From assembly GCF_036365525.1 (NCBI RefSeq), contig NC_090411.1, positions 26,796,819 to 26,860,818 on the forward strand: 64,000 bases of DNA. Direction: 5' to 3'. Origin of the DNA: Heterodontus francisci. Its lineage: Eukaryota. Under the pieces are notes generated by a model. That model was given only the letters and a program-made list of their open reading frames with translations, had not been told where the DNA came from and did no database searches. The translations under genes and the position numbers were made by a program. Below, piece after piece: positions 35,082 through 48,819 of the stretch (the first letter of the stretch is position 1; each line of letters opens with the position of its first letter).

Positions 35082-37959
35082 TGTGGCATCACATTACCTA
35101 ACTATTTGATTGTAGACTACTTTGTCTGTATGTCATGTGCATTTCCAACTATAACCAGAATTTAGCTTTCTCTTAGGAGGAAATATTGTACATCAACTGA
35201 TACATTACCTAAAATAAAACCATCTTCAATTGATCTTGTCTATTGAATGAAATATTATACACTATCATGCAGATCACATACTTATCTTATTTTGACAACT
35301 TGTAGCTTGAAGTCAAGTTGCTTAGCTAGTTACAATAGTGATTAGACTCTGGATCTTCTACTGGGTTCCCCTTGCAATGGGGTGAATCTTCACCTGCTCC
35401 TAACCCAGGGGTCACTGGACAGGGATCAGGGAAAAAAAAAATTGGGTGAATATTAGTTTCTCAGACTTGTACTTGCTAATGACTTGAACTCATCCCTTTA
35501 TGATGTGTGGTGACACATGAGCTCCAATCATTCATCAAATTGTCATGATTTGAAGTACTAGAGTCCTGAGGGTGGTGGGGAGAAGTGTTGAAACCAAATT
35601 GCTATCCTGCAGCAAAAGGAATTTCTTTTCTAGCCTCGTGAGGCTCCATTTGCAATTAGAGCAAGTTTGTTCCTTTTCTCTTCCCTACTTTCCTTTGACA
35701 ATTTCTTCTCCTCCTTTTCCACCCCTCCACCACTAGCTAGCCTCTCCTAAACCTCTCATTAAGTTGTGCTGTTGCTGTACTGCAAGTATGTCTTTTTAAT
35801 CAGCTTTTGGGGGGGAAAGAAGGATTAAGACTGTTCCCATTTTTTTTCTCATGCCGTGTTTGTGTACAGATTTAAGTCACCATCTATTCAATGGTCAGGA
35901 AGCTGAAGGGTAGGGGCTTCCACCAATTGCAACAGGTTCTTTAGAACAGTAAATTATGACTTGAGCCAAAAGATGTGAATTGGCTGGTCAGACAAAGTTC
36001 AGCTCTGTCACAAACCATCTTGAATTGGACATGATGCTGTTCATTATGGCTGGATCAAAGTTTTAGAACTCCCTACCAATGTTCTCTCTAACTTCTGTTT
36101 GCGCATCGCAGGCTTGTGGCAGTGTGCAGCCAATTAAGATGGATGTGCATCTTGAAGGGAATGTTGCTCCTGTGTGGTACATTCCTGGTTACTGCATTGC
36201 TTCTAGGGAACATTGTGTCCTACCTAACTGAGTAACTTCACTAGAGACAGCAGCTATTTTGATGCAGCTCACCACCCTATCAAGGGTAACTCCATATGGG
36301 CAATAAATGCTGGCCTTGCTAGTGATGCCTACATCCTTAAAGAGAAATCCCATTGTTACTATAAATAGAACAGTTTAAACTTGCTACTTTTAAATTCAAT
36401 GTTCTGTAATTTGGTTTGAAGTTCAAATATTGAACTAAATTGTCCACTTTTTGTATACTGGCTTGACTTTTCTAGTTCATAAGAATGGTCAATGTCCTAT
36501 ATTCCCCACCCCCAACCCCCCCCCAACTTTCAACTGTGTGCAGATTATTTCCTACAGGAGGTAGGTTTCTTGTAATAAAGTCACTGTGATCTCTTGGGCT
36601 AGTTTCCATTGCCTGAAAGACTTGGAGTTTTCAATTTTGTTTTTCCCCCTTGCATGGATTTTTAATCTGGTAGTCTCCTGCCTCTTGCAGGAGATAACAC
36701 AGTCCTGGGTGGGTGTGGAACATCTATCATGAGCTATGAGAGCACACCTGTGAGATAGGTGAGATGGACTAGTTGCTTACTTGTGAGCCAGACTCACCAT
36801 AACATAAATTAACCATTGATATCCAGTACTAATGGGCACTTTCCCCAACAAGGAGGGAATATTTTAACCAAACCTTCCGAACACTCGGCTCGCTTCTTTC
36901 TATCTACCTTTTTTCCTTTATCAATCTATTGCTGGACAATAGAGACACCACTCGTACTTGAAATCATTGTAAGTAAATCTTGAAGTCTCTGCAAACTGGG
37001 TACAATGTAACATGGCATCAAAACAGCAAGAGGAGAGTTTCTGCTATTTGCACAGACGAGGAAAAGTATTAGCACATTCTTGCTTTATTTGGACTCATTT
37101 TAAGCATTTCATCAACCATTATCTAGCCTTAAATCCAAACTCATATGAACTGAATCTAATGAACACCAATACTTGTTAAGGGTGACTCAGTCTGCCTGTG
37201 CTCCTGTGGTCACCTTACTGTTAGTTCATTAACAAAATCATCTCTGCCACTGTTCTGTGGATTGGGCTTTCAACCTGCATCTTGCACTGGCAGTGAACCT
37301 GATACTACCACACTGTACCTCATTTGGGTTGGAGACAGGGGAGCTTCCCTGTTAGATTTTAGCAGATGCTGAGGGGCAGTCAGTAGTTTTGGTGCATAGC
37401 ACATTACAAACTTACAGGGATTCTGCATAGGCACAGGTTGCAAAAGCACCCTGGATTCTAAACAGCTACTAGAACTGCATCGAATGCTTTGCTATGGGAA
37501 GTTCTTGAGGCAGAAACTCTTGCAACTTTTAAGGGAAGACATGATACATGTTTGAAGTAGAGAAAGTTATGGCGCTATCAGGCAGAGTAGGGCAGTGAAA
37601 CTAGTTTTGGATTGTGAAAAGCCAGCATAGACACGATGGGTAGCTTGGCCCCCTTTCATTGCGTAGTTGAATCAGACACGTGTGTGTGTGTCACCCAATT
37701 ATTGATATAAATCTGTCATTTTACTGAAATGCTAAATGATGCTTAATTAACTTAAATATTGGATCAAGCTCACGGGCATCTTAAAGTAACAAACTGATAC
37801 TGTTTTCTGGGTCTGTGTGAGGCTTGAAATCTCCTCTAAAACGTCATTCTCAACAATAACGAGACACTTTCAGATTCTTCACTTTTGAGAGGGCAAGGGA
37901 CCAATCAGCAATGATGTCATCATTAAACTGCAACCTAAATCTGCCTCATATTTAACATT

Positions 37960-38101
37960 CAGATTGGCTCCTGTTTTCGAACTCCATCTGATGTTGATTG
38001 GAATCCTTGAGCATGGCAGCTGTTTGATTGGTTAACAAGAGTGTGTTGATGATGTCATTTCCTGGATGTGAAAAAATGTGTGGTTTCCAGGAGTATAAAT
38101 T
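37960..38101 (+). promoter_or_regulatory. Conserved ferritin promoter upstream of the pseudogene
   Basis: ATTGG three times, CAGCTG, TGATGTCATTTCCTG and TATAAA 38094-38099. Confidence 0.65.
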
Positions 38102-38195
38102 CAGGGGTTTTTTTTTCTCTAATAAAGATTTAGGTTATTGTTTTATTATTTTAGGTGTCTTTTCTCTATCTTTTAAGAGAGATAAAATAGACAGT

Positions 38196-41100
38196 ATGGA
38201 GTCCCAGATATTCCAGAAGTATGACTAGGAGTATGAGGCTACTGTCAACAAGCAGATCAACATGGAGCTCGCTGCCCCCTACCTTTACCTTTCTGTGCTG
38301 AGTTTTATCATTTTTCCCCATTACTTGAAGTTAACTTCAGTTTTTTATAAGCTTTAATAGCCCTACTAGGCTGTCTGACTTGAATTCTACTTTGTTACCT
38401 AGTTTATGCCACAACTCCAGGCAGGTTTGAGGGACTATACAGCTGCCTTTTTCTTGCCTTCTGTATACTTGTGGGGAGTGGTGATGCTCAACCAGTGGGG
38501 CAATTTCCTGTTCTGAAGATTCTTCTGCAGAATAAGAACTTCAACCTGGTATCTGAGCTAAAAGGAGGCTTTGTCATAGTTATACAGCACAGAAACAGGC
38601 CTTTTGCCCCATCGTGTCTGTACCAGCCATCAAGCACCTAACTATTCTCATCCCATTTTCCAGCACTTGGTCTGTAACCTTGTATGCTATGGTGTTTCAA
38701 GTGCTCATCTAAATGCTATTTCAATGTTGTGAGGGTTCCTGCCTCTACCACCTCTTCAGGCACTTGTGATGTTGTGATGTGATGTTGGTAGTTTTGAATG
38801 AATGGGCATAATTGATTTTTCCCCCTTGGGACGTTGTCAGGATAGAAAGCCTGGTATACTGGCAAATCTACACCCATTCTTTCTATTACTGCTACTAATG
38901 TGACTGACTACAGTTAAATACTTACTCATTTGTATCTATATACATGTTCTGTTTCTTTATAAAATAAATTGAGATTAGATTGTCCATTCTCTACATCGGT
39001 TAATGTGCTTTTGGAAGAAATTTGCTATAAATGCTTGAAGTAGTTTGTGCAACAAGAATCTAACTTTAGATATTATCCCTATGGTCCAGAACTGGGGCCA
39101 GTACATTAATCGGATTTGAATTGGTCTTTCAGATGTCTTTCTTTGACCGGGATAATGTCGCTCTTGGCAACTTCTCCCAATTCTTCAAACATCAGTCGCA
39201 GAGAAGCTGATGAAATTCCAGAATCAGTATGGAGGCTGTATCCCCTTACAGGATGTGAAGGTTGAAAATGGGGAAATGACCTGATTGAAAAGGGCAGGAT
39301 TTACACTGGGGCTTTAAGTTGCTATTTTTTTTTTGAAGGAAATTGGATTAAGAAAAATTAGTTCTTTGTTCATTGTTAATCTGCCACTAGAGTTCTGTCA
39401 AGGCAAGAACTGAGGAGTCTGCCACTCAACTGGCACAGCTGAAGATTCTTCCATTGAGGTGAAATATATGGAGCTTCCAGGTTGTTCCAAATTGCACATG
39501 AGCCCATTGCTCTCTACAAGCTAATTAACATGTTCACTCTCTGTTTCATCATCAGTCAAGTACTAATGGATGTAACCTGAGCTAGTTCTGAATTGTGAAG
39601 ATAAAACAAATATTCCCAAACTAGCTGACTGAAACCTTGGACGTTTCATCACTTGTCTTTCCCCTTGGAAACTAGAGTGGAGCAATGGTCTACAGGCAAT
39701 GCAGGTTGCTATGGAGCAGGTGAAGAATGTGATCCAAAGTTTGCTGGATCTATACAAACTTGCCACCACCCAGACTGACCGTCACATAAGTTTTGTGTCA
39801 AGATAATTAGGCAAGAATGTTTTTTTTTGAAGTGAAGGGACTGGTACAGAACATGGTTGGATTGGTGTCTCTGGGTCTTAAGACACAACAGAAGTGCACG
39901 CAATGTTAAGTGGATCCACACATCTGCTTGCAGACAAGCTTCAAACTGACAATAGGTTAGTATTTGGTCAGTTCTGAATCATTGGAAGTGGTCAATACTG
40001 TGACCCACAATGCTTTTTGATCCATTTCTTCCGATTCCAAATCTGGCTTGTAGTCCCTCATGTCTAGAAGATTAAGGGGTGTTTTAATTGAGGTATTTAA
40101 GGTGATTAAAGGATTTGATTGAGTAAATAGCTAAACTATTTCCTTGTCCAGAACAAGGACATAACTTTCAAATGAGAGGCTGGGCATTCAGTTGTGATGT
40201 CAGGAAACACTTCTTTCTTATGTGGAAAGCTTCCCTGAAACCCAAACCACTGCCCACCCACACCCACCCCACCCCACCCCATCCTAAAATAAAAGCTGAG
40301 GCTGGAGGAATCAATTGAAAATTCAAAACTGAGATTGGCATGTTTTTGTTAGGCAAGGATATTGAGGATTATGAAACCGAGGTAGGTAAATTGAATTAAA
40401 CAGATCAGCTATGAACTAATTGAATAGTAAAACAAGCTCGAGGGGCCGAATGGCCTTACACTTGGCCGTTCCGTCAGGGCCACCCAGCTCCTGACCTCAT
40501 TAGAGCCTTGGTCCAAACATGGACAGAAGAACTGAACTCGGTGAGTGTGACTGCCCTTGACATCAAGGCAACATTTGACTGAGTGTAGCATCAAGGAGCC
40601 CAAGCAAAATTCAAGTCAATGTGGGGGGGGGGTGGGGGTAAAGCTCCCCACTGATTGGGGCCATACCTAGCATAAAAAGATGGTTGTGGTTATTGGAGGT
40701 CAATCATCTCAGCCCAGGTCATCACTGCAGGAGTTCCTCCTGGTAGTGTCCTAGGTCCAACCATCTTCAGCTGCTTCTTCATTGACCTTCCCTCCATCTT
40801 AAGATCAGAAGTTGGGATGTTTGCTGATTGTAAGATGTTCAGTACCATTTACAACTCCTCAGATACTGAAGCAGTCTGTGTCCATATGCAGCAAGACCTG
40901 GACAACATATAGGCTTGGGCTGATAAATGGCAAGTAACATACATGCCAGGAATTGACTATATCCAACAACAGGGAATCTAACTGTCTTCCCTTGACATTC
41001 AATGGCATTGCCATCAGTGAATCCCTCACCTATCAACATCCTGGGGGTTCCCACTATCCAGAAACTGAACTGGACCAGCCACATAAATACTGTGGCTACA

Positions 41101-41968
41101 ACATGGGGTTGGAGGCAGTAACTCACCACCTGACTTAAGCCTGTCCGCCAGCTGCAAAGCACACATCAGGTGTGTGATGGAGCACTGTCCATTTGCCTGG
41201 ATGAGTGCAGCTCTAACACTCAAAGCCCGACACCATCCAGGACAAAGCAGTCTGCTTGATTGGCACCCTATCCACCAACTTAAACATTCACTTCTTCCAC
41301 AACCAACGCACAGTGGCAGCAGTGTACATCTACAAGATGCACTGCAGCAATGTACCAAGGCTCCAGTGACCTCTATCACCTAGAAGGACAAAGGCAGCAT
41401 CTGCATGGGAACACCACCTGCAATTTCCCCTCCACACCACCAATCATCCTGACTTGGAACGATTTTGCCATTCCTTCACTGTCGCTGGATGAAAATCCTG
41501 CAACTTACACCCACAGTGCTGTTGGGGAGGATCTACATCACATGCACTACAGCCTTTCAAGAATGCAGCTCACTACAAGGACAATTAGGGGTGGGCAAAA
41601 ATGCTGGCCTTGCCAGCAATGCTCAAATCCCATGTAAGGATTAAAAACCAATTGTGCAGCAGACCACAAACTTCATTTTGAAAGTGACTGGAGTAGTGTA
41701 AACCGAATTGGCTGCATTCCTGAATTTTCACTTCGGGTATCTAGTGCCCATTTTAAAAATTAAATTAGGAGGTTACACTGCAGATGTTGCATTTTCCATT
41801 CCTCTCTTCCAGCTGTGTGACTTCCTGGAGACTCACTATTTGGATGAAGAGGTAAGGATGATCAAGCAACATGGGGACTACATCACCAACCTGAAGCGTC
41901 TGGGAGTTCCTGAGAATGGGGTGGGAGAGTACCTGTTTAACAAGCTCTCTCTAGAGGAGAGTAGTTAA
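38196..41968 (+). pseudogene. Unprocessed ferritin pseudogene (copy 4); exon remnants 38196-38297, 39133-39260, 39669-39785, 41813-41968
   Basis: TAG at codon 11 (38226-38228); exon 1 donor GT>CT; 19-nt deletion in exon 2; exon 3 acceptor AG>GG, 9-nt deletion and donor GT>AT; exon 4 still open. Confidence 0.92.
40475..41640 (+). mobile_element. Degenerate non-LTR retrotransposon (RT to 3' tail) in pseudogene intron 3
   Basis: ALDIKA-FD.VWH, GVP-GSVLGP and MFAD remnants; tail GGGCAAAAATGCTGGCCTTGCCAG. Confidence 0.75.
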
Positions 41969-44297
41969 TATGACTACAATATTTCAACTGTTTGAAATGA
42001 ACATGTCTTGTCCATCAATTGGTGTCTCAGCTATTACAAACATTTGTGAACTGAACTTTGTGCCAGATTGTTGTGTGCAAGCTACTTGCAATAAAAGGAC
42101 TTTTAAATTGGATATAATCATTTATTCATGTCCTGAGCGGTTCAAAAGCCCTTTTATGGAGAAGATGCCCTCGAGTGGTTGAATGGGCTTCATGTATCCC
42201 GTAATCTGTGCTGACTTGACTATTCGTAACGAAGGTAAATGCTTTTTAATAGGCCTCTTTAATGCAGCTGGGCTAGGTTGTTGGTCTGTAATGGACTAGC
42301 GTGTATGCAGGCTAAAATGGTTTGTTTTAAATTTTACAAATTGAAATCCTTAAACCTTAGTGGATTATTAAATACTATTTTGAGAAACAACTGCTCTTCT
42401 AGATAGAATCATGATCCTGAGATGTTGCATTTGGAAGAGGCAAGTTAAAGTCACTTTTTTCTTTATATGACTCTTGTTTTTTTTAAAAAGTCTGAACTCC
42501 AGTCTTGCTGGAAAAGGGCTTTTAGTGATTTCTTCACTAGATTCAATATTTATTTCTCAATGCTGAACAGCAATTAATAATGGTCAATGTGCAATTCAAT
42601 TGGTGCCTAAAACAAACCCCTTCATGTTGAGCATCTGGATGGTTACCATTGATATGTCCTATACTTTGAAACCTCAGGGGGTCTACATGAAGGATGGTCA
42701 TTTTAAGCAAGGTGGCAATTGGATGGACTCTATACCCCTGCAGAGTGCCTTTTAACAAGTAAAGGCACAGTGTAATCTAGTAAAGAACAGTACAATTTCA
42801 CAAAATGGCTGGTTACCGAACTCTGATTTTGGAGGTAACTTGCTCCTTCAAGAAATTGTATATTGTCCTTTGATTTACTGATCTGTAATGCCAGTGTAAA
42901 TTTCAGTATGGGTTACTAGAGGCAAATTTAGATTGGCTAATATATAAACCTTTCCTGGCTACTGACTTTAATTCATATCTCAACTTTTGACTGTATTTTT
43001 TTGCACAATATTTAATGTGCACAGCCTTTGTAAAGAGTTCCTGATGATCCTGTACTGTCAAGGCTGCAGCCACTAGCATTGCAGCACCAGATTACCACTT
43101 GAGTTTCCATTGAGAGCAAAGACAAGAAGTACTAAGGATTCAGCGCCAACTGCTGGAATTAACTGGTTCTTCAAAACCTCTGAACTAACTTGGGTGCCTC
43201 ATTCATGCTAGTTTTCTGTGTTGCAGTCATGACATTGGCCAAACCCAGAGATGTTGCTGCCCCAGCATTAAGGTCTACATTTTATAGCCCCAGTTGTGGT
43301 TTAAAATAAATGGGTTACTAAGTGGAAAATCTAGACCTGTGTGTTCCAGTAACTTTCTCCGTTAACAATGTTACCTTGATTTTTGGATCTGCAGCTGCAT
43401 AAGCAGCACTGAAGCTATATTTACAATCTTTAAGTTAGAAACTCCTCTGGTGTCATGGGATGAGGCATGCCCTGGTGTAGAACTAAACCATAGAAATAGT
43501 CCCAGGTTTGATCTGTGGCCCTGACCAGAGCAAAATATTTCCCCTGTGCACAATTTCAATTTTAAAAAACCAATTTGCATAATGTTGCAAGGTATTGCAG
43601 ATCACATCAATCATGGTATGGGCAGACTGGGATGGTTTCCACTTTTCACCTACCACTGACCACCGACTTTTTTTTCTTTACTAGTGTTTCAGCCCCTGTT
43701 TTGCCAGATAAACAGTGACAGGTGTTTTGACTGGGGCTGGAGAGCCGAGAATGATAACAGTACTGGTAAGACTCCTTTTGTTCTTATAGGTGAACTCAAG
43801 TGTTAGTTTAGCCCATGTGACTTTAGGTTTCCGTTCTTGATGGGCTGGTACAATAACTTTTGATGAGGGCTGTTCACACTCTATTGTGGTGAAGAGTAGC
43901 TGGAGACGTAGAAGCTGGGGAGTACCTTTTGTCTTAGTTCATTTTGTGCATAGCTCACTTCCATGTGTGATAGGTTGACTCATTTCCATGCAGATGGGAT
44001 TAATTGGTTTCACTTCTAGTAAGCATGAATGTGGATTTTACTGCAGGAGTTGGTATGGATCATGTGACTTGTTCTCCATTTTTTTTTTGATGGCAAATGT
44101 ACCAGTCTTTTAAAATGTTCCCATTTTTTGTAATTCGGTTTGGTTCTGTATTTTCATCACTGAAATTCTTGTGAGTGTGACAGACGTTCTGTGCATATTG
44201 GCTCATGATGCTGTGCCATAGAGAAAGGCTTCCAGGATTGTCCTGGAGTCTCCAGGAATGAAAGGTTAATCTGGGCATTGCTGAAAGAAAAACGGAG

Positions 44298-44582
44298 ATA
44301 AATCATTTTTATTTTTAAAAAAAAGTGGTCTTCATTTTCTTTGAACATTTTTATTTAGTTACAAAAAATATTGGAGATTGAGCGAAGAAAGGGCTATTTG
44401 ATTTGCTAATCAGAAAGCCAAGAGCCTATTTGTGTTCTAATTGGTGTGGGCACGACCAGGATGGTTTTCTGATAGGCAAATCCACAGTCCTTTCTCCACC
44501 CCCACCCCATCTCTAATATTTTTTGTAACTAAATGAAAATGTTCAAAGAAAATGATCACTTTTTTAAATAACCATGATTTAT
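44298..44582. repeat. Imperfect inverted repeat, arms about 44298-44378 and 44509-44582
   Basis: CATTTTCTTTGAACATTTTTATTTAGTTACAAAAAATATTGGAGAT versus ATCTCTAATATTTTTTGTAACTAAATGAAAATGTTCAAAGAAAATG. Confidence 0.85.
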
Positions 44583-44984
44583 TTCATATTGAATTATTGT
44601 ATTGAATGGCGGAGCAGGCTCGAGGGGTTGAATTGCCTACTTCTATTCCTAGTTCTTATGACCTTATGTGCTCACGTGCTACACAGGTCATGTAGGAAGG
44701 TACAAAGAAACTGGAGGCCATTCAACCTCTCACCTGCTTCACCATTCAATTAGATTGTGGATGATTTGTATCATGACTCCATTTGCCCTCCATAACCCTT
44801 AACCTTGCTAAAGAAGCACATCAATCTCACTTTTGAAATTTCAATTGACCGCCCAGCCTCATAATTTTTCTAGGTGAGTTCTAGATTTCCATTTGCTTCT
44901 ATGTGAAATGCTTCCTGACATCACTCCTGAACAGCCTAGCTCTAAATTTAAGGTTGCACCCCCTTTGCTTTTTTAATTATTTAT

Positions 44985-45600
44985 TCATGGCATCGCTGGT
45001 GAGGCCAGCATTCATTGCCCATCTGTAATTGCCCTTGAAGTTGGTGAGCAGCTGCCTTGAACTGCTGTAGTTCTTGTGGCAAAGGTGCTCCCATAGGGAA
45101 GGGAGGAAGTTCCAGGATTTTTGCTCGGATGCAGTGAAGGAACAGCGATACCATCCAAGTCAGTATGGTGAGTGACTTGGAGGGGGATTTGCAGGTGGTG
45201 GTGTTCCCATGGGCTTGGTGCCTCCTTCCTTCAAGAGGTAAGGTAAGAGTTTATGGGTTTGGAAGGTGATAACAAAGAAGCCTTGGGTTGCTGAAATGCA
45301 TCTTGTAGCCTGTAGGTGTGGTGCTCTGGTGATGGAGGGAGTGAATGTTTAAGGCAGTGGATGGGGTACCAATCAAGCAAACTGCTTTGTCCTGGATGAT
45401 GTTGAGATTCTTGAGTGTTTGTTGGAGCTGCACTCATCCAGGCAAGTGGAGTATTCCATCACACTCCTGGCTTGTGCCTTGTAGATGGTGGACAGGCTTT
45501 AGGGAGTCAGGAGCTGAGTCACTCACCACAGAATTCCCAGCCTCTGATGTGTTCTTGTAGCCACACTATTTATATGGCTGGTCAAGAAACTTAACTGGAC
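44985..45600 (-). mobile_element. Non-LTR retrotransposon 3' fragment, same family as 40475-41640
   Basis: TLKNLNIIQDKAVCLIG..LNIHSLHH peptide (45251..45433) and the shared tail. Confidence 0.7.
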
Positions 45601-46228
45601 TCCATCCACCAGAAGAATAGTTTCTCTTAATTTTATAAACTTTAAATCCATGTTGCTGTTAACTTGCTGATATCTCAAGTTGTCAATACAGATTTAGGGG
45701 TTTAGTCACCAATAAGATAAGTGTTAAGAATAGTCCTTTCCAAACCTGAGTGCAGAGGCCTGAATCATGTTGACCTGAGGGCTGAGTGTCAGAACTCAAA
45801 AGCAACAAGTCGGTCATCCTGTACAAAGCAGTTCCACAGTATAAATGTGTAAAAGGAATAATGCTACAATCAGAAAATAGCAAATCATGTTGACACAGGA
45901 ACTCAATGTTGGAAAAAGTTTATTCTTTAAAGCTTGTAGCATAACCATTTTTTGAGACACTGTCAAAGAAACACTTGTCGGCAGATACTGCAGTGGTGGG
46001 CTATTTTTTGCCAACTGCCAGGTGGTAGAAGCAGGTGATTTCCCTCAGCAGTGAGTTCCCACTCCACCTTAGCACTAGAGTTCAAGATGGAGTCTATGGG
46101 CTACACCACAGGAAAGAGCAGTCGGGCAAAACTTACTATATGTTTAGTCATTCCTCAGCAGAGATCAGAAGATGGGAGGGAGCTGGATAAATACTTGAAG
46201 GAGGAAAAAAAAATTGCAAGATTATTTA

Positions 46229-46535
46229 GGGTGGCACAGTGGTTAGCACTGCAGCCTCACAGCTCCAGGGACCCGGTTTCGATTCTGGGTACTGCCTGTG
46301 CGGAGTTTGCAAGTTCTCCCTGTGACCGCGTGGGTTTTCGCCGGATGCTCCGGTTTCCTCCCACCACCAAAGACTTGCAGGTGATAGGTAAATTGGCTGT
46401 TGTAAATTGCCCCTAGTGTAGATAGGTGGTAGGGAATATGGGATTACTGTAGGGTTAGTATAAAATGGGTGGTTGTTGGTTGGCACAGACTCGGTGGGCC
46501 GAAGGGCCTTTTTCAGTGCTGTATCTCTAAATAAA
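46229..46535 (+). mobile_element. HE1-like V-SINE (tRNA head, V-domain, CR1-like tail)
   Basis: A box GGTGGCACAGTGG, B-box-like GGTTTCGATTC, V-core TGCTCCGGTTTCCTCCCAC, tail GGGCCGAAGGGCCT..GTGCTGTATCTCTA. Confidence 0.85.
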
Positions 46536-47329
46536 CAATGGGGAAAGAGCTGGGGTCAGGAACTGAGTGGCTCTTCAAAGGAGCTGGCACAGACATGAAG
46601 GGTCGAGTGGTTGCCTCCTCTACTGTGCTGTTCCATGAAAGGTCTCATTCTACTCAAATCAGACTTCTTCCTTGGCTGGATTTAAATGCGTGTGCAAATC
46701 ATGCAATAAATTCCACTGAACAGAAACTGCAAGCTGTTGGACAATATATAAATTACATAAATACACTGATCAAGTTATTTTCCAGTTACTTTTCTTAACA
46801 ATTGCAAGATAAGCAGATTTTTAATGTTGTACACAAAATTTTAGTGTCTCCTAGTTTACATTTTTTAGAATATTTGGCAAGTACTGTACATTTGGTCCTC
46901 TACATATGGTCTTGGCAGCCTCAACTGGTGATGTGGATTAGCCTACAGAAGGAGCAGGGCAGGTGGGTGAGGACTGCTTGTTTTACAACTGCTATCTCAG
47001 TTAGTGGCAAGTCTTCACATGCGTCTTTAGAAGAAGTCATGTTACTAACAACGGTCATTGAACTTAATTGTCCCCTATATACCTGCTCGTATTACTAAAT
47101 GTCATTTAAGGGTGGGTTGATAACATTAGAAGAACTGGATGGAAGGAGTCATTGAACTTTGACATTAAGAAGGAGCTGAGGTAACAAGCACATGACCTAT
47201 GAACCCTGCTCAATGATGGTATTGGCATTAATCCAGCTTCCTTGAGGTGTCAATTTCAGCAAGTCCTTATGCTCAATAAACCCTCCCACTTGGGAGGGTT
47301 TCTGTGTCTCTGGCTGCATCACGACAAAA

Positions 47330-48095
47330 TCCAGGTTGATATTCCAGTTGCAGTGCTGAAGTGTCATCTTTTGGATGAGATGTTAACCCACAAGACCCCA
47401 TCTGCCCTCTCAGGTGGACTTAAAAGATCCCATGGCACTATTCTGAAGAGCTGGGGAGTTCTCCCCAGTGTCCCAATCAATTTTACCCTTCCGTCAACAT
47501 CAGAAACAGGTTCTTTGGTCATTATCACATTGTGGGATCTTGCTCTGCACAAATTGGCTATTTTACCCATCATCCATGTGCTCACCAACCTACATTGGTC
47601 CGGCAATGCCTTTAATTTTAAAATCCCCATGCTTGTTTTCAAGTCCCTTCCTGTCCTCTCCTCTCCCCTCCCTATCTTTGTAGCCTCCTCCAGCCCTACA
47701 ATCTCCGAGATCTCTACATTACTCCAATTCTGGCATTTTGCGCGTCCCCAATTTTCATCACCCAACATTGGCGTCCATGGCTTCAGCTGCTGAGGCCCTA
47801 AGCTCTACAATTTCCTCTTTAAACCTCTTTCCCGTTCTCTCCTCCTTTAATACTCTGTTTATTTAAATCTACCTCTTTGTCTTTGGTTAGTTGCCCTAAT
47901 ATCTCCTTATGTGGCTTGGAGTCAAATTTTCTTCTGTTCTATGAAGCGCTTTGGGCCATTTTCCTAGATTACGGGTATATAAATAAATGAGCTGTTGTGC
48001 TTCCTACATTACTACAGCGAGTACAATTCAAAAGTACTCAGCTGTTGTAAAGTATTTTGGGACATCCTGATATTATGAAAGATGCCATGGCAATG
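47330..48095 (+). mobile_element. DeuSINE remnant interrupted by an L2-like fragment (about 47560-47995)
   Basis: Deu core CTCTCAGGTGGACTTAAAAGATCCCATGGCACTATT; LTNLHW..FKI..LVFKSL L2 remnant. Confidence 0.7.
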
Positions 48096-48819
48096 CATTT
48101 CTATCTCTATTGCTGTCATAGAAACATAGAAAATAGGAGCAGGAGTAGGCCTTCGGGCCTACTCTGCCATTCAAAAAAGATCATGGCTGATTGTCTAATT
48201 CAGTTACCCTGTTCCCGCATTCTCCCCATATCCCTTGATCCCTTTGGCATTAAGAAATATATCTATCTCCTTCTTGAATATATTTAATGACTTGGCCTCC
48301 ACTGCCTTCTGCGGTAGAGAATTCCACAGGTTCACCACCCTCACACTGTCAGGCACAGTAACCCCTCGCAGTCAGTTCACCGTAACAATTTCATGAGTTC
48401 TTTCTTGATTCATAAGAACAGACGGAGGCCATTCAGCCCCTGTTCCTCTATTCAATTGATCATGACTGAGCTGTATTTTAACTTCATATAGAGATGACTA
48501 GACTCAGTGAATGCAGATTAATCAAACTGGATAAAAACATGCAGAAGGATATCAATCATGACTGATTTTTTTCCCTAATTCTGAGATGCACTTGTGACTG
48601 GAATCAGCCTATGCTTTGCATGCATTTTTTTAACCCTACAACAACCTGCATTTATATAGCACCTTTTAATGTAATAAAATGTCCCAAGCTGCATCATGGG
48701 AGTGTGGTAAATCATTCCAAGGGGCTTCACGACCCACCGAGCAGCGAAAGAGACCGATCAAACTCTATCAAATGTTTTTTCTTAAAGCAAAACTGTACTG
48801 CTGTCCAATATGGCTCCTG

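Noticed and set aside
46229-46300. tRNA gene (also near 54510 and 56190-56258)
   Set aside because: A/B boxes run directly into SINE bodies, with no complete cloverleaf
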